Positions 9,119 to 19,058 of a stretch of 64,000 nt of DNA are shown here, one piece after another. Made by a program: the position numbers and the translations under genes. The notes below the pieces were generated by a model, which was given only the letters and a program-made list of their open reading frames with translations, was not told where the DNA came from and did not search any database. Origin of the DNA: an uncultured Acidobacteriaceae bacterium (GTDB lineage: Bacteria; Acidobacteriota; Terriglobia; Terriglobales; Acidobacteriaceae); the NCBI GenBank assembly GCA_963731525.1, contig CAVSWK010000024.1, forward strand, positions 72,164 through 136,163. Reading direction: 5' to 3'. How positions within the stretch are numbered: the stretch's first letter is position 1; each line of letters begins with the position of its first letter.

Positions 9119-9498
9119 TTTTTCTCCTTGTTCCAACTGACCACGCCCGGACAATCCTTCCCTGGACAGCGATAGCCCTCGAATTTGCCGTCCATCCAAC
9201 TGGTCTTGAGCAGATCGGGGACAATCCAAAACGTGGTCCCACATTCGGGGCACTTCCGCTGATACCTGCTTTGGAGGTCGTCCAGTCGTTTCCAGATGTT
9301 GCGTTTTTCGCCTTCGCCAACGAGCTGCTCGAAGATCCGAACGCCGACCTTGCTGCGCACGAACAACTGGACACCGCAAGGGTCACAAATCACGTAGGGT
9401 TTTTTCTTCTTGGTTTCGCGTTCATCAAGACCCTGCCCGCAAAGGGGGCAGGGGAACCGGTGTATCGGACGCTGAATCAGATCTAACGGCACATGCAA
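9115..9498 (-). CDS. double zinc-ribbon protein
   Basis: Two CxxC pairs, twice: CPLCG...CDPCG and CPECG...CPGKDCPG. The start is TTG 9498 or GTG 9492. Confidence 0.55.
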   Translation of the reverse strand: MHVPLDLIQRPIHRFPCPLCGQGLDERETKKKKPYVICDPCGVQLFVRSKVGVRIFEQLVGEGEKRNIWKRLDDLQSRYQRKCPECGTTFWIVPDLLKTSWMDGKFEGYRCPGKDCPGVVSWNKEKK

Positions 9499-9503
9499 TC
9501 TCT

Positions 9504-9590
9504 ATTGTTAATATAATCTAACAATTGCAATTATTATGAATTGGCATCTTGGCACTTGTCAATATAAAAGAATAATCTTGCAATTGTTAA
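9504..9590. promoter_or_regulatory. AT-rich divergent promoter region with palindromic operator-like sites
   Basis: Palindrome ATTGTTA-N8-TAACAAT at 9504-9525. The 12-nt TAACAATTGCAA (9519-9530) recurs inverted as TTGCAATTGTTA (9578-9589). The region lies between the divergent zinc-ribbon and XRE genes. Confidence 0.55.
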
Positions 9591-9615
9591 TGTGCTGCCA
9601 TATCCTACAAACATT

Positions 9616-10014
9616 ATGGAAAACTTCGGGAGCTACATGCGCAGGGTGCGAAAATCGAAGGGTTTGACGCTTAAACAGGTCGAGATCCAGGCTAAAGTCT
9701 CCAATGCCTACATTTCCCAGATCGAGCGAGGGTTGAGAAAGCCTCCCCACCCCGACATCCTCAAAAGGTTAGCCAAAACATACGATGTTCCACACCGGGA
9801 GCTTTTGGTCGTTGCGGGCTACTTGGACGAAGACTCGCAGGCGGTTGCTGCGAAGAGAAAAATCGAAGAGGCGTTTGAGCATGTCCGGACTGATCCTACT
9901 TTTAAGCAAGGAACTCGCCTCAGAGGGACCCATGTCAGCCTTGAAACGAAGCGCTTTATCGTGGAAATGTACGAAAAGCTGACGCAGCGCAGCTTATTGA
10001 AAGAAGGAGCCTAA
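9616..10014 (+). CDS. XRE-family helix-turn-helix transcriptional regulator
   Basis: MRRVRKSKGLTLKQVEIQAKVSNAYISQIERGLRKP is a canonical Cro/C1 HTH. Start at ATG 9616. Confidence 0.85.
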   Translation: MENFGSYMRRVRKSKGLTLKQVEIQAKVSNAYISQIERGLRKPPHPDILKRLAKTYDVPHRELLVVAGYLDEDSQAVAAKRKIEEAFEHVRTDPTFKQGTRLRGTHVSLETKRFIVEMYEKLTQRSLLKEGA

Positions 10015-10020
10015 AACAGG

Positions 10021-10635
10021 TTGGAATTGTTAAACGGTGAAATCGACGCTTCTCCGATTGTGGGGTTCTGCAAGGCGGTAATTTCTCGCCATGCTGAGCA
10101 CTGGCCACCCACAGAACAAACACTGGCCGAGGAGTTTGTGCAATGGTTGGGTCTCAAGACCTTCTTGACCCGAGTTGAGCTAGTCGAACTGTGCGTATCC
10201 AAGAAGATCAATCTCTCATTCGCTGAACTGCCCTCCGAACTTCGTGGCTTCAACTGCTCATTTGAGAATAAGGCGGAAATTGTTATTGCCCAGCGTGAGA
10301 CGGTCCCCGGCGCTGATTTGCATACCCTTTTTCACGAGCTCCGAGAATTGCTCGAAAACGCTTTTGTTGAACATAGATATGCTACTTTGAGCGCGGACGA
10401 TTTATTGGAAGTACAAGCCGACGTTTTCGCAATGTCGGCACGCATGCAAGTTGTTATAAAGGAAATTCTTGCTTTTGTGGAGATTGTAAAGAATGCTAAC
10501 GCGAAATGGGCTCGCTACCTTGGTCTTGGCGTTATTGGTATTACCGGAATCATTTACCTGCTCAATTGTGTTTTCCTGCCGCGGCTCGAAGAAATAGAAT
10601 CTGAGGTGAAACGCCAGCGTTACGTACGTATGTAA
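10021..10635 (+). CDS. ImmA/IrrE-like (COG2856-type) domain protein with C-terminal TM helix, HExxE variant
   Basis: Sits immediately after the XRE gene. LFHELRELLEN occupies the position of the HExxH motif, and EVQADVFAMSARM resembles the downstream E..AN.FA motif. TM segment YLGLGVIGITGIIYLLNCVFL. TTG start. Confidence 0.45.
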   Translation: MELLNGEIDASPIVGFCKAVISRHAEHWPPTEQTLAEEFVQWLGLKTFLTRVELVELCVSKKINLSFAELPSELRGFNCSFENKAEIVIAQRETVPGADLHTLFHELRELLENAFVEHRYATLSADDLLEVQADVFAMSARMQVVIKEILAFVEIVKNANAKWARYLGLGVIGITGIIYLLNCVFLPRLEEIESEVKRQRYVRM

Positions 10636-10930
10636 CGTTGGCCCACCAAGTTCTTCTCGATGGCCAATGCGGAATCTCTTCACTCACCAGTGTGGTCATA
10701 GTTTTTCCGCTTGACACTGGCCATTAACTCGCCTATATTCCCCGGCAATCCTAGTAAGAGAGATTTTGATCTCAAGCGGTCTCTGAGACTTTCTTGGCGG
10801 GACTTCTTCCCTTCCACACGGGTGTTCACCCGTCTTTGTGCGCGAAGGACATGTCGCGTCCAAATTACTGCGCGTCGAAGGATGCGCTGCAATTTCTATA
10901 AATGCTTTCTCCGCACGCAAAAGGAAGATT

Positions 10931-11719
10931 ATGCAGATTCGCTTTCTCCGCCGTTTCCTGCCTTTCGTGTTTTTCCTCTACAGTTCGGTTTCTCTTTTCT
11001 CCCAGAACAAGACGCCGGTCCGCGATGACCATGCGCTGAAAATAGTGCAAACCGCGATAAACAATATGGGTGCGGCAAGCAGCGCGAGCGGCGTGCAGGA
11101 CTGCGTGCTTACCGGGATCAGCGTAGCGGATTCCAACCCTGACCTCCGCAAGGATTTTACTTGGACGATTGCGGGAGACGAGTTCCGTTTCGAAGTGAAA
11201 TCTGCGAAGGGAACAGGTCTCTTTGTTAGCGGTCATGGAAGTCCTGGACGGATGTCCAATGGAACGTTCTCCCGTATCAACTACCACGTGGCTCGCGCGA
11301 ATGTCCCATACTACTTGCCCGGCTTACTGTTGGCGCGAGAACTCGCCAATCCCAACTTCACAGTGAAATATGTTGGTGCGGTCACGACCGAGGGACGGCG
11401 AGCCGCGCATATTCATCTCGGTGACGGATCAGACAAAATCGCAGCCTTGGTGACGCCCCAGGAGTGGTACTTCGACCTCAATTCCGGATTGCCGCTGCGC
11501 GTCGAGTTTCACATTCCCACAAATGAAAACGCGGAGGATTTGTTTAACGGCGCCTACGAATTTTCAGATTTTCGTTCGGTCAGCGGCATGCTCGTACCTT
11601 TTCAAATCTCATTCTCGCAGGAACACCAGCCGCTCCGAGTGATCTCTTTCAATTCAGTGGCGTTCAACGTAGGAGTTTCGCCCTCGGTCTTCGACGTCCC
11701 GAAGGGGGTGGGTCAATGA
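10931..11719 (+). CDS. hypothetical secreted protein, translationally coupled to the RHS gene
   Basis: ATG 10931 with RBS AAGGAAG. Signal peptide FLPFVFFLYSSVSLFSQ. The stop overlaps the RHS start (ATGA at 11716-11719). Confidence 0.55.
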   Translation: MQIRFLRRFLPFVFFLYSSVSLFSQNKTPVRDDHALKIVQTAINNMGAASSASGVQDCVLTGISVADSNPDLRKDFTWTIAGDEFRFEVKSAKGTGLFVSGHGSPGRMSNGTFSRINYHVARANVPYYLPGLLLARELANPNFTVKYVGAVTTEGRRAAHIHLGDGSDKIAALVTPQEWYFDLNSGLPLRVEFHIPTNENAEDLFNGAYEFSDFRSVSGMLVPFQISFSQEHQPLRVISFNSVAFNVGVSPSVFDVPKGVGQ

Positions 11720-12787
11720 AACGTCACGCCATCAGAGTTTGCATGCTACTCGCTTTGTTTGTGTCCGGCTGTGCTGGTTGGTCGATGGCGCAGGACCAAG
11801 ACGACATTCGGCAAGGTATCAACGCCTATGGGACATACCGTGGCGGAGACATTGATTTGGTCAGCATGACGAACGGAAATGTGACTGTGCAAATTCCGCT
11901 AGTCTCTTATCCACAACGCGGCAAACTGAATCTCGGCTACAGGCTCGTGTACAACAATAAGATCTACGCGCAGAGAGTGATTTGCATTATCGATGAGTGC
12001 ACGACTTACGTTGGGCTCCGAAGTCTTTTTTCGCCTTTGGTTCCGGTCGCAGATGGCAGCTTTACTTCGAAATCGACCACCATCCAAGAAGTCGGTGGTA
12101 CTGGCACAGTGACCTTCGCCAGCTATTCCTTGGTTGCTGCCGATGGGGCCAGTCACCAATTGGCCGCGCTGTCTTCAGCGGGCACTAATTTTGAAACCGT
12201 CGATGGAACAGGGCTTTTCTCCTCCAGTGGGTATCTAACTGATGCGAACGGAACGCGAGTTTGGGAGGAAGACACTAACGGGAATCAAATTACCCAATTG
12301 TCTGGCACACTAACGGATACCGTGGGACGAAGTATCCCCAACCTGCCCGGCGGGACCAGCTCCAGCGGCGCCGGTGCATGTCCAAGCGGGCCACTACCGG
12401 TCTATTCCAACTCTTCGTGGGTGGTTCCGGGACCAAACGGCGGTACCTCAACGTTCGTATTCTGCTACGCGCAGGTCGATGTCGTCGAATCCTTTGACAT
12501 AACTGACGACACGCAAGTTTGGGGGTATTTGAACTTTCTCCAGAGTGTGGTCTTGCCCAATGGAACGGCCTGGACATTTCAATATAGTACCGATGGCTAT
12601 GGCGATCTGACGCAAATCACGTTTCCCACTGGGGGAACAATTTCCTACGTCTGGACAGAGGGCGCGACTTGTACGGTTGCTCTGCCCCCTCGATGGTTGG
12701 CTTCGCGTACTGTGAACGCAAATGATGGTACGGGAAACCATACCTGGACCTATTCATATGTTGGTGGGCCTACAACGGTTGCCGACC
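11716..12787 (+). pseudogene. RHS/YD-repeat lipoprotein, 5' fragment (interrupted by IS3-family element)
   Basis: Lipobox-like LFVSGC signal. The reading frame runs straight into the IS left end at 12788. Confidence 0.8.
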
Positions 12788-12847
12788 TGTCCCGCCTCAG
12801 CTGGAAATGGAGAAAGCGTTCGTCCGTTAAGATAGCGGAGCGAACGT

Positions 12848-13162
12848 ATGAGAAAAGAGCGCAAGCATTACACAGCTGAGGAGAAGGTGGCCATTCTGCG
12901 GCGCCATCTTTTAGACAAGGTCCCGGTTTCCGATCTGTGTGAAGAACTGGGCCTGCAGCCGACGGTGTTCTACCGCTGGCAAAAGGAGTTCTTCGAGAAC
13001 GGAGCGGCCGCCTTCCAAGCGACGGAACGTCCTCGCCGCCAGGCGGAGGAGAAGCAGAAACGGATTGAGTTCTTGGAGAAGAAGGTGCAGACCAAGGACG
13101 AGGTCCTGGCCGAGCTGATGGCGGAGCACATCGCGTTAAAAAAAAGCGTTGGGGAACTCTGA
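12848..13162 (+). CDS. IS3-family transposase OrfA (HTH)
   Basis: YTAEEKVAILRRHLLDKVPVSDLCEELGLQPTVFYRWQKEF is a typical IS3 OrfA. Confidence 0.9.
   Translation: MRKERKHYTAEEKVAILRRHLLDKVPVSDLCEELGLQPTVFYRWQKEFFENGAAAFQATERPRRQAEEKQKRIEFLEKKVQTKDEVLAELMAEHIALKKSVGEL
13138..13145 (+). promoter_or_regulatory. A8 slippery run, probable programmed -1 ribosomal frameshift site (OrfA-OrfB fusion)
   Basis: The A-run AAAAAAAA followed by G lies near the end of orfA. orfB is in the -1 frame relative to orfA (start positions mod 3 are 2 and 1). Confidence 0.7.
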
Positions 13163-13185
13163 CCGAGACCTGGGTACCACACGAT

Positions 13186-14205
13186 GTGCGGGATCAGGTG
13201 GTGGATTTCGTTCGGCGCTGGTCGGAGAAGACCGAGATCAGCGTCGGCCGATTTATTCATTGGCTGGGGGTGACCGTGAGCAAGTTTTACAACTGGGGGC
13301 AGCGCTATGGGCGAGTGAATGAGCACAACGGTTGGGTACCCCGCGATTTCTGGTTGGAGACGTGGGAGAAAGAAGCCATCATCGGCTTCCACGTGAACAA
13401 TCCGTTGGAAGGCTATCGGCGACTTACGTTCATGATGTTGGATCAGGATGTGGTGGCAGTGAGCCCGGCGAGCGTATGGCGTGTGCTGAAACAAGCGGGA
13501 TTACTGACGCGCTGGAAAGCGAAGCCGTCGCGCAAGGGCACTGGCTTCGAACAGCCGCTGCAGCCGCACCAGCACTGGCATGTGGATGTTTCCTATATCA
13601 ACCTGTCGGGTACGTTCTATTACTTATGCAGCGTGCTGGATGGATGCAGTCGTTTTCTGGTGCATTGGGATCTGCGGGAGTCGATGAAGGAAGCGGACAT
13701 CGAGAGGATTCTGGAACGAGCCAAGGAGAAGTACCCGGGAGCTAAGCCGCGGATCATCTCCGACAACGGACCGCAGTTCATCGCTCGGGACTTCAAGGAG
13801 TTCATTCGTATCTCCGGGATGACGCACGTGCGCACCTCGCCGTTTTACCCGCAGTCGAACGGAAAAATCGAACGCTGGCATAAGTCGCTCAAACGGGAGT
13901 GCATCCGGCCACTGACCCCGTTGACGCTGGAAGATGCGCGCCGCCTGATTCAAATCTACGTGGATCACTACAACACGGTGCGACTGCACAGCGCGATCGG
14001 CTATGTGACGCCGCAGGATCGGCTCGCCGGACGACAGGCCGAGATCCACGCGGCTCGCGATCGCAAGCTAGAGGAGGCGCGTAGACGACGGCAACTTCGC
14101 CGGCAGCAGACGGCGTCTTTAAGATTTGCACACTCTTCAACCGCAGCTACAATGACCTCGCCGGGTGAAACGGAAGCGGGCTCTGCCGGGAGGCAACCAT
14201 GCTGA
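13186..14205 (+). CDS. IS3-family transposase OrfB (DDE/rve integrase core)
   Basis: HWHVDVSYI..., ISDNGPQFIA, YPQSNGKIERWHKSLKRE, YNTVRLHSAIGYVTP are rve-domain motifs. Confidence 0.92.
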   Translation: MRDQVVDFVRRWSEKTEISVGRFIHWLGVTVSKFYNWGQRYGRVNEHNGWVPRDFWLETWEKEAIIGFHVNNPLEGYRRLTFMMLDQDVVAVSPASVWRVLKQAGLLTRWKAKPSRKGTGFEQPLQPHQHWHVDVSYINLSGTFYYLCSVLDGCSRFLVHWDLRESMKEADIERILERAKEKYPGAKPRIISDNGPQFIARDFKEFIRISGMTHVRTSPFYPQSNGKIERWHKSLKRECIRPLTPLTLEDARRLIQIYVDHYNTVRLHSAIGYVTPQDRLAGRQAEIHAARDRKLEEARRRRQLRRQQTASLRFAHSSTAATMTSPGETEAGSAGRQPC

Positions 14206-14399
14206 GGGATAACCTGGTGGGGCTCATCGAGCCGATGCTCAGCAGCGCGGGAGCCAATCCTCTCGCGCTCTGCATTGCGATGAACGAGTCATCGGACGAT
14301 AGACCCCAAGATGCCTTGAAAATCCCCGCCCCGAAGGGGCGGAATCTTACACTAACGGAGAACGCCGCTTCTCCATTTCACGCTGAGCCAAAACAGACC

Positions 14400-16870
14400 C
14401 GCTTGGGAACCACACGGTTTACACGAACACTCAATTGTCCTTGTGTACTTCCTACACCACGGAGATCCAGTATTACCAGGGCGCTGTCCAGTCTGCGAAC
14501 CTGTTGAAGACTGTATCCACAACGTACTCCAGGACAGTCAGTCCGTTCGCGCCGGAAGTGGGCGAAGCCTACATGAACATTGTGCCCACCCAGATCACGA
14601 CCACTTGGGCAAACGGCAAGACCAGTATGATGACGAAATCCTACGATGCTGGGTTTACTTTCCCAAGCCCCAGATACAACGACCCAACGCAATACACGGG
14701 GATCTACGGAAAAGTGCTGGTCGAGAAGGAGTACGACTACGGCACAACCTCGGGCCAGCCTGGACCGCTGCTGAGACAGACGAACACCAGCTACGCCTGG
14801 CAAAGTCCCAATCCGAATTATTCCACCTATCTCAGCAACAACATGCTGAATCTGATTTACTCAACCCAGATCACCGATGGCACCAATCAGAAGGCCTACA
14901 CCCAGTATGGCTACGATGAAACCTCGACGATTGCGTCCGGAATGGGAGCGGCTCAGAATCTCGACCTTTCGGTGTGGACGGGCACCCTCCGCGGTAATCA
15001 AACGTCGGTGAATCGCTGGCTGAACCTACCCACGGTGCAGACGCTGACCAGCAAAACGACGTACTACGACACTGGGATGCCCTCCGTCGCGAAAGATCCT
15101 CTGCTCAATCCGACGACCTATTTCTATTCGAGCACATTTCAAGACGCATATGTGACGCAGGTCCAAAACGCGTTAAGCCAGAGCACATACCACAACTACG
15201 ACTACGACACCGGGTTGCTGACTTCTACCACCGATCCGAACGGTCAAGTCACCAGTGACAGCTACGACGTTGACTGGCGGCTGACGAATGTTACCCGCCC
15301 GACAGGCGGGGGCCTGACCTCATTCTGCTACACGGACCTCGGTGGCTCGACTTGCACTCAAGGCAGCGCACCATATCAAGTCGTTATTACCAAGGAGATC
15401 ACCAGCGCGAAGAATGAAACCGCGACTGCGATTGTGGATGGAGTCGGGCGGCTCGAACACACCCAGCTGAACTCTGATCCCGAAGGCACCGACTATGTTG
15501 ACGATGGCTACGATGGAGTGGGAAACAAAGCCACGACCAGCAACCCCTATCGCACGACTTCCGACTCCACCTACGGAATCAGCACGAATAGCTACGATGT
15601 CCTCCATCGCGTGACGCAGGTCACGCAGCCCGATGGCTCCCTTCTCAAGACCGCATATTGTGGCAATACAACCTTGGTCACGGATGAGGCTGGGCACTGG
15701 CGTCGAAGCACGGTTGACGGCTTGGGCCATCTGATCGAAGTGGATGAGCCCAATTCTCCGACTGCGACCGTCAATTCCAACGGTTGTCCGGGCTCCAACG
15801 ACCCGATCTGGGCAACCACGTACGGATACGATCAGCTGGGCAATCTCCTGAGCGTGCTGCAAGCCGGTTCTCGCCAGCGCACCTTTACATATGACTCGCT
15901 GTCGCGCCTTTTGACTGCTACCAATCCTGAATCCGGCACCTTGACCTATACATACGACGCCGATGGAAACGCGACCACGAAGGTCACTCCTCAGCAGGAC
16001 CAAAGTAGTCCTTCGGTCACCACAACGCTTAGCTATTGCTATGACGCGCTGAATCGTATCACCAGCAAGGCTTACAGCAACCAGTCGTGCCCGCAGACTA
16101 CTCCGGTCGCAACGTATTCGTATGATGGCAGCGGATGTCTGGGGCAATCCTCGTGCTACAACATCGGCCATCGAACGGGAATGACGGACCCAGCCGGGTC
16201 GGAATCCTGGGCGTATGACACGATGGGACGGACCGTCGTCCAGTCACGCACCACCAACAGCATTACCAAGACCACGAAATACACCTACAACCTGGATAGC
16301 TCGGCGGCCACGCTGACCTATCCCAGCGGGCGAGTCATGACCTACACTCCCGATACTGCTGGTCGTCCGAGCAACGTCAAGGACAACACCACAAGTGTCT
16401 ATTACGCCACCGGAACCTGTGCGAACGATGTATCGGGCAACGGGGTGTGCTACGCACCACAAGGAGCGGTAGCTCTGCTCCAGAATTCGTCCGAAATCGT
16501 TTCTACGCACATCTACAATGACCGGCTCCAGCCCTGCTGGACATATTCGACCACGGGGACCGCTCTGGCTTGGAGCACGACGCTTTGTACCGGCACTGCG
16601 ACCGCTGGGAACATGCTCGACCTGAAATACAACTTCAATCTTGGCTCGGATAACGGGAATCCGATCAGCATTACCAACAATCGCGTTACCGACCGCAGCC
16701 AGACCTTTAGCTACGACCAGTTGAACCGCATTTCGAAAGCGCAAACCACGGCAACTCATTCCAGCGATCCAACCGATTGCTGGGGCCAGGCATTCGGCTA
16801 TGCCCAACGATCCCAGTGGTCTTGGCCCGGACTGGCATCAGAATCCAGACCACAAGAACCCGAACGGTGA
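14400..16870 (+). pseudogene. RHS/YD-repeat protein, 3' fragment (core repeats)
   Basis: Many YD repeats (YDYDTGLLTSTTDPNGQ, YGYDQLGNLL, FTYDSLSRLLTATNPESG, YTYDADGN, FSYDQLNRI). In frame with 11716-12787 once the IS and one GACC copy are removed. Confidence 0.85.
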
Positions 16871-17165
16871 ACAATGGGTAAATGACAAGACCGGCGAAAA
16901 AGTGGAATTTGAACGGGGGAGGCCTGGCGAGACAGGTAACAAAGAGCACGATCACTGGCACTACACTCCGCCTGGTGGAGACAGGGGAAAGGACCACATC
17001 AGGCCGGGAGATGTAGGCAAGCTACTCATGGATGCCGGGCATGGAGTTGTTCAGACCATCAGAGAGCATCCGGTAGCCACCGGCGCGATAGTGGGCACCG
17101 TGGCAATAGGGGCGACAATCTTGACAGGTGGCGCGGCAGCGCCAGCGCTGGCCTTCGTTTTCTAG
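16800..17165 (+). CDS. RHS C-terminal tip (PNDPSGL core-end motif plus unrecognised His-rich domain and TM helix), out of frame with the core
   Basis: Starts MPNDPSGLG, matching the DPxGL motif that ends Rhs cores. It continues with KEHDHWHYTPPGG and the hydrophobic tail ATGAIVGTVAIGATILTGGAAAPALAFVF. It overlaps the end of the core ORF in a different frame. Confidence 0.5.
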   Translation: MPNDPSGLGPDWHQNPDHKNPNGEQWVNDKTGEKVEFERGRPGETGNKEHDHWHYTPPGGDRGKDHIRPGDVGKLLMDAGHGVVQTIREHPVATGAIVGTVAIGATILTGGAAAPALAFVF

Positions 17166-17190
17166 GGCCACAAGGACAGGAGTGTTTCAA

Positions 17191-17625
17191 ATGACGTTCG
17201 AGGAGTTAGACAACGAGCTGCCAAATGGGTTCCACGATGCGCAGCTTCACAACGTGAGAATCGATTACGTGCGCGGGACGATGGCATTGCATATGAGTTT
17301 TTGGGTTGGAGACCTCAACGGTCCCAACAAAGAAGAATACAGGCCTGGAGAGGTACGGATAACGGGCCTTTACTTCTGCGCGATCGACCCGCCTGATCCT
17401 ACCTATCGGTACGTGCCGCATGGGTCTGCTTTGAACGTCTCGGGAGACCCCGCCAAGCCCGATACATTCCCGGCGCTTGAAAAACTCTCGCGGACTCTTC
17501 CGCCCGGAGTTTCGTGCTATCGATTCTTCGTGCATGAGTGGAACTCGTTCATCAACTTAGCTGCGAAGGACGTTCAGGTTTCCTGGATTGAGGAGGGAGC
17601 GCCGACAGCGGTTGCAACATCCTAG
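17191..17625 (+). CDS. putative cognate immunity protein
   Basis: Small cytoplasmic ORF immediately 3' of the toxin tip, with RBS AGGACAGGAG. The call rests on position only. Confidence 0.45.
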   Translation: MTFEELDNELPNGFHDAQLHNVRIDYVRGTMALHMSFWVGDLNGPNKEEYRPGEVRITGLYFCAIDPPDPTYRYVPHGSALNVSGDPAKPDTFPALEKLSRTLPPGVSCYRFFVHEWNSFINLAAKDVQVSWIEEGAPTAVATS

Positions 17626-17643
17626 CCAAGCAGTATAAGCAAG

Positions 17644-18156
17644 TCAGGTGTTTTTCCTGACTACCTGTGGGACATTCTGGGCGAGCAGCTTCTCGAACGC
17701 CTCCCGTTGCTCGGCGGTGGGAAAGACGCGCTTCGGAATCACGGTAAACGATCGAGAGCCGTAGTAGAGCACGAAAGAGTGGGCATCAATGAGCGCCCGC
17801 GAATACATGCTCCACTGGAGCTGTGAGTCGATGTGCGCTGTGCGGAAGTGGATACCCTCCGGTGAAAACGTGAGTGAATAATCATCACGAAACTTCGGCT
17901 CGCGCCGGAACACCACGGACGGAATGACCGCGAAGGCTGCAACCAGCATGAGGGCGAAGACAGCCGCAATCCCGACCACTACTATGCCGTACAAACGCGA
18001 GTTCGGAGAACGCCAAAGGTAAGCACCGAAGGCCACGGTCGCAACGATGACCACGATGTCGAGCCGGAGACGAAGGCGCGAAGCATAGTGAGCGCGCATC
18101 GCTCGCACGTAGTCGCTCTCCAAGTACCGGAATGAGAGGTTAACCGTCGAATCCAC
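17644..18156 (-). CDS. YcxB-like membrane protein
   Basis: Two TM helices followed by a soluble domain (...FTVIPKRVFPTAEQREAFEKLL), resembling the YcxB family. Confidence 0.45.
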   Translation of the reverse strand: MDSTVNLSFRYLESDYVRAMRAHYASRLRLRLDIVVIVATVAFGAYLWRSPNSRLYGIVVVGIAAVFALMLVAAFAVIPSVVFRREPKFRDDYSLTFSPEGIHFRTAHIDSQLQWSMYSRALIDAHSFVLYYGSRSFTVIPKRVFPTAEQREAFEKLLAQNVPQVVRKNT

Positions 18157-18264
18157 GGGATGCCTTTAGGTGCAACCAAGTTTATCGCGATGAGGGCTGC
18201 CGCGCATCTTCCGGCGTCTGCCCTTTCAGCACCACGATCCGCCGCATTCCGTAGGTGGAGGAAC

Positions 18265-18630
18265 ATGAAGATCGAACAGCATTTTCGCGAGCCGACTCCC
18301 ACGGAGGCAGAGGTTATGCGGCGACTCTTAGCGGCGGACTTTCCCGGCAAGGAGGAAATAGGGAAACAGTTGGCCGGTTGCCGAGTACGGATCATCGACG
18401 ACGAGGGCAGCCTGGAACTCGAACCGAGTGCTGCGGCTCGGCCCGCCACGGTCGAAAAGCGAATACCGGTGGAAGCTGATGCGGTCGATGAAGATGGGAT
18501 ACACGTCCACTTCCTGCTCCACGTGGTTAAGGGTTTCGCAAAAGAGCTGGAAGTCTATAAAGACGACGGAACGCCGATCAGGCGAATGCCCAGCCCGAAT
18601 GATCTTGAGATCATCGTGCTGCCAGCGTGA
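18265..18630 (+). CDS. hypothetical protein (orphan immunity-like)
   Basis: ATG 18265 with RBS GGTGGAGG. Small acidic protein in a polymorphic-toxin neighbourhood. Confidence 0.4.
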   Translation: MKIEQHFREPTPTEAEVMRRLLAADFPGKEEIGKQLAGCRVRIIDDEGSLELEPSAAARPATVEKRIPVEADAVDEDGIHVHFLLHVVKGFAKELEVYKDDGTPIRRMPSPNDLEIIVLPA

Positions 18631-19058
18631 TTCCGACTGCTCACCAGAGTGCCAGCTGTTGGCGTTCCTGAGCGGCCAGAGCGAGCGATCCCGGAGCGGG
18701 TGAGGGTCGGGGCAGGTACTCCGATTGCGCTGGGTGTTCTGAGAGTTTTTCTTTTAGCCGTGGGTTTCGTTCTGGCCGCGCCGGGGTGTGGCGCGGCCTT
18801 GCCGTCTGCGGTGCCGATCCGGTTCCTGATTCCGGGTGTCCTGGCCCGCCGATCCGCGCCGTGATCCGGGTCAGTTTAGCCGCCCGATGCGGCCCTGATT
18901 CGAGTGCCGATTCCTGACCCGGCAGTGTGGCGATTCCGGCACGGTTGTGCGGGCAGTTTCGTACTCCCGGAGAGCCGTGGTGGGGTTGAGGTTTTTTTGC
19001 GCTGCCTTCGGCATCGGCAGATGAGGGTGACACGTCACCCCTGGGAAGGTTCCTGCAC

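Larger units (their letters stand above)
12788..14395 (+). mobile_element. IS3-family insertion sequence, copy A (1608 bp)
   Basis: TG...CA termini. Imperfect ~30-nt IRs (TGTCCCGCCTCAGCTGGAAATGGAGAAAGCG vs reverse complement TGTTTTGGCTCAGCGTGAAATGGAGAAGCG). Flanked by a 4-nt direct repeat, GACC. Contains orfA and orfB. Confidence 0.92.
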
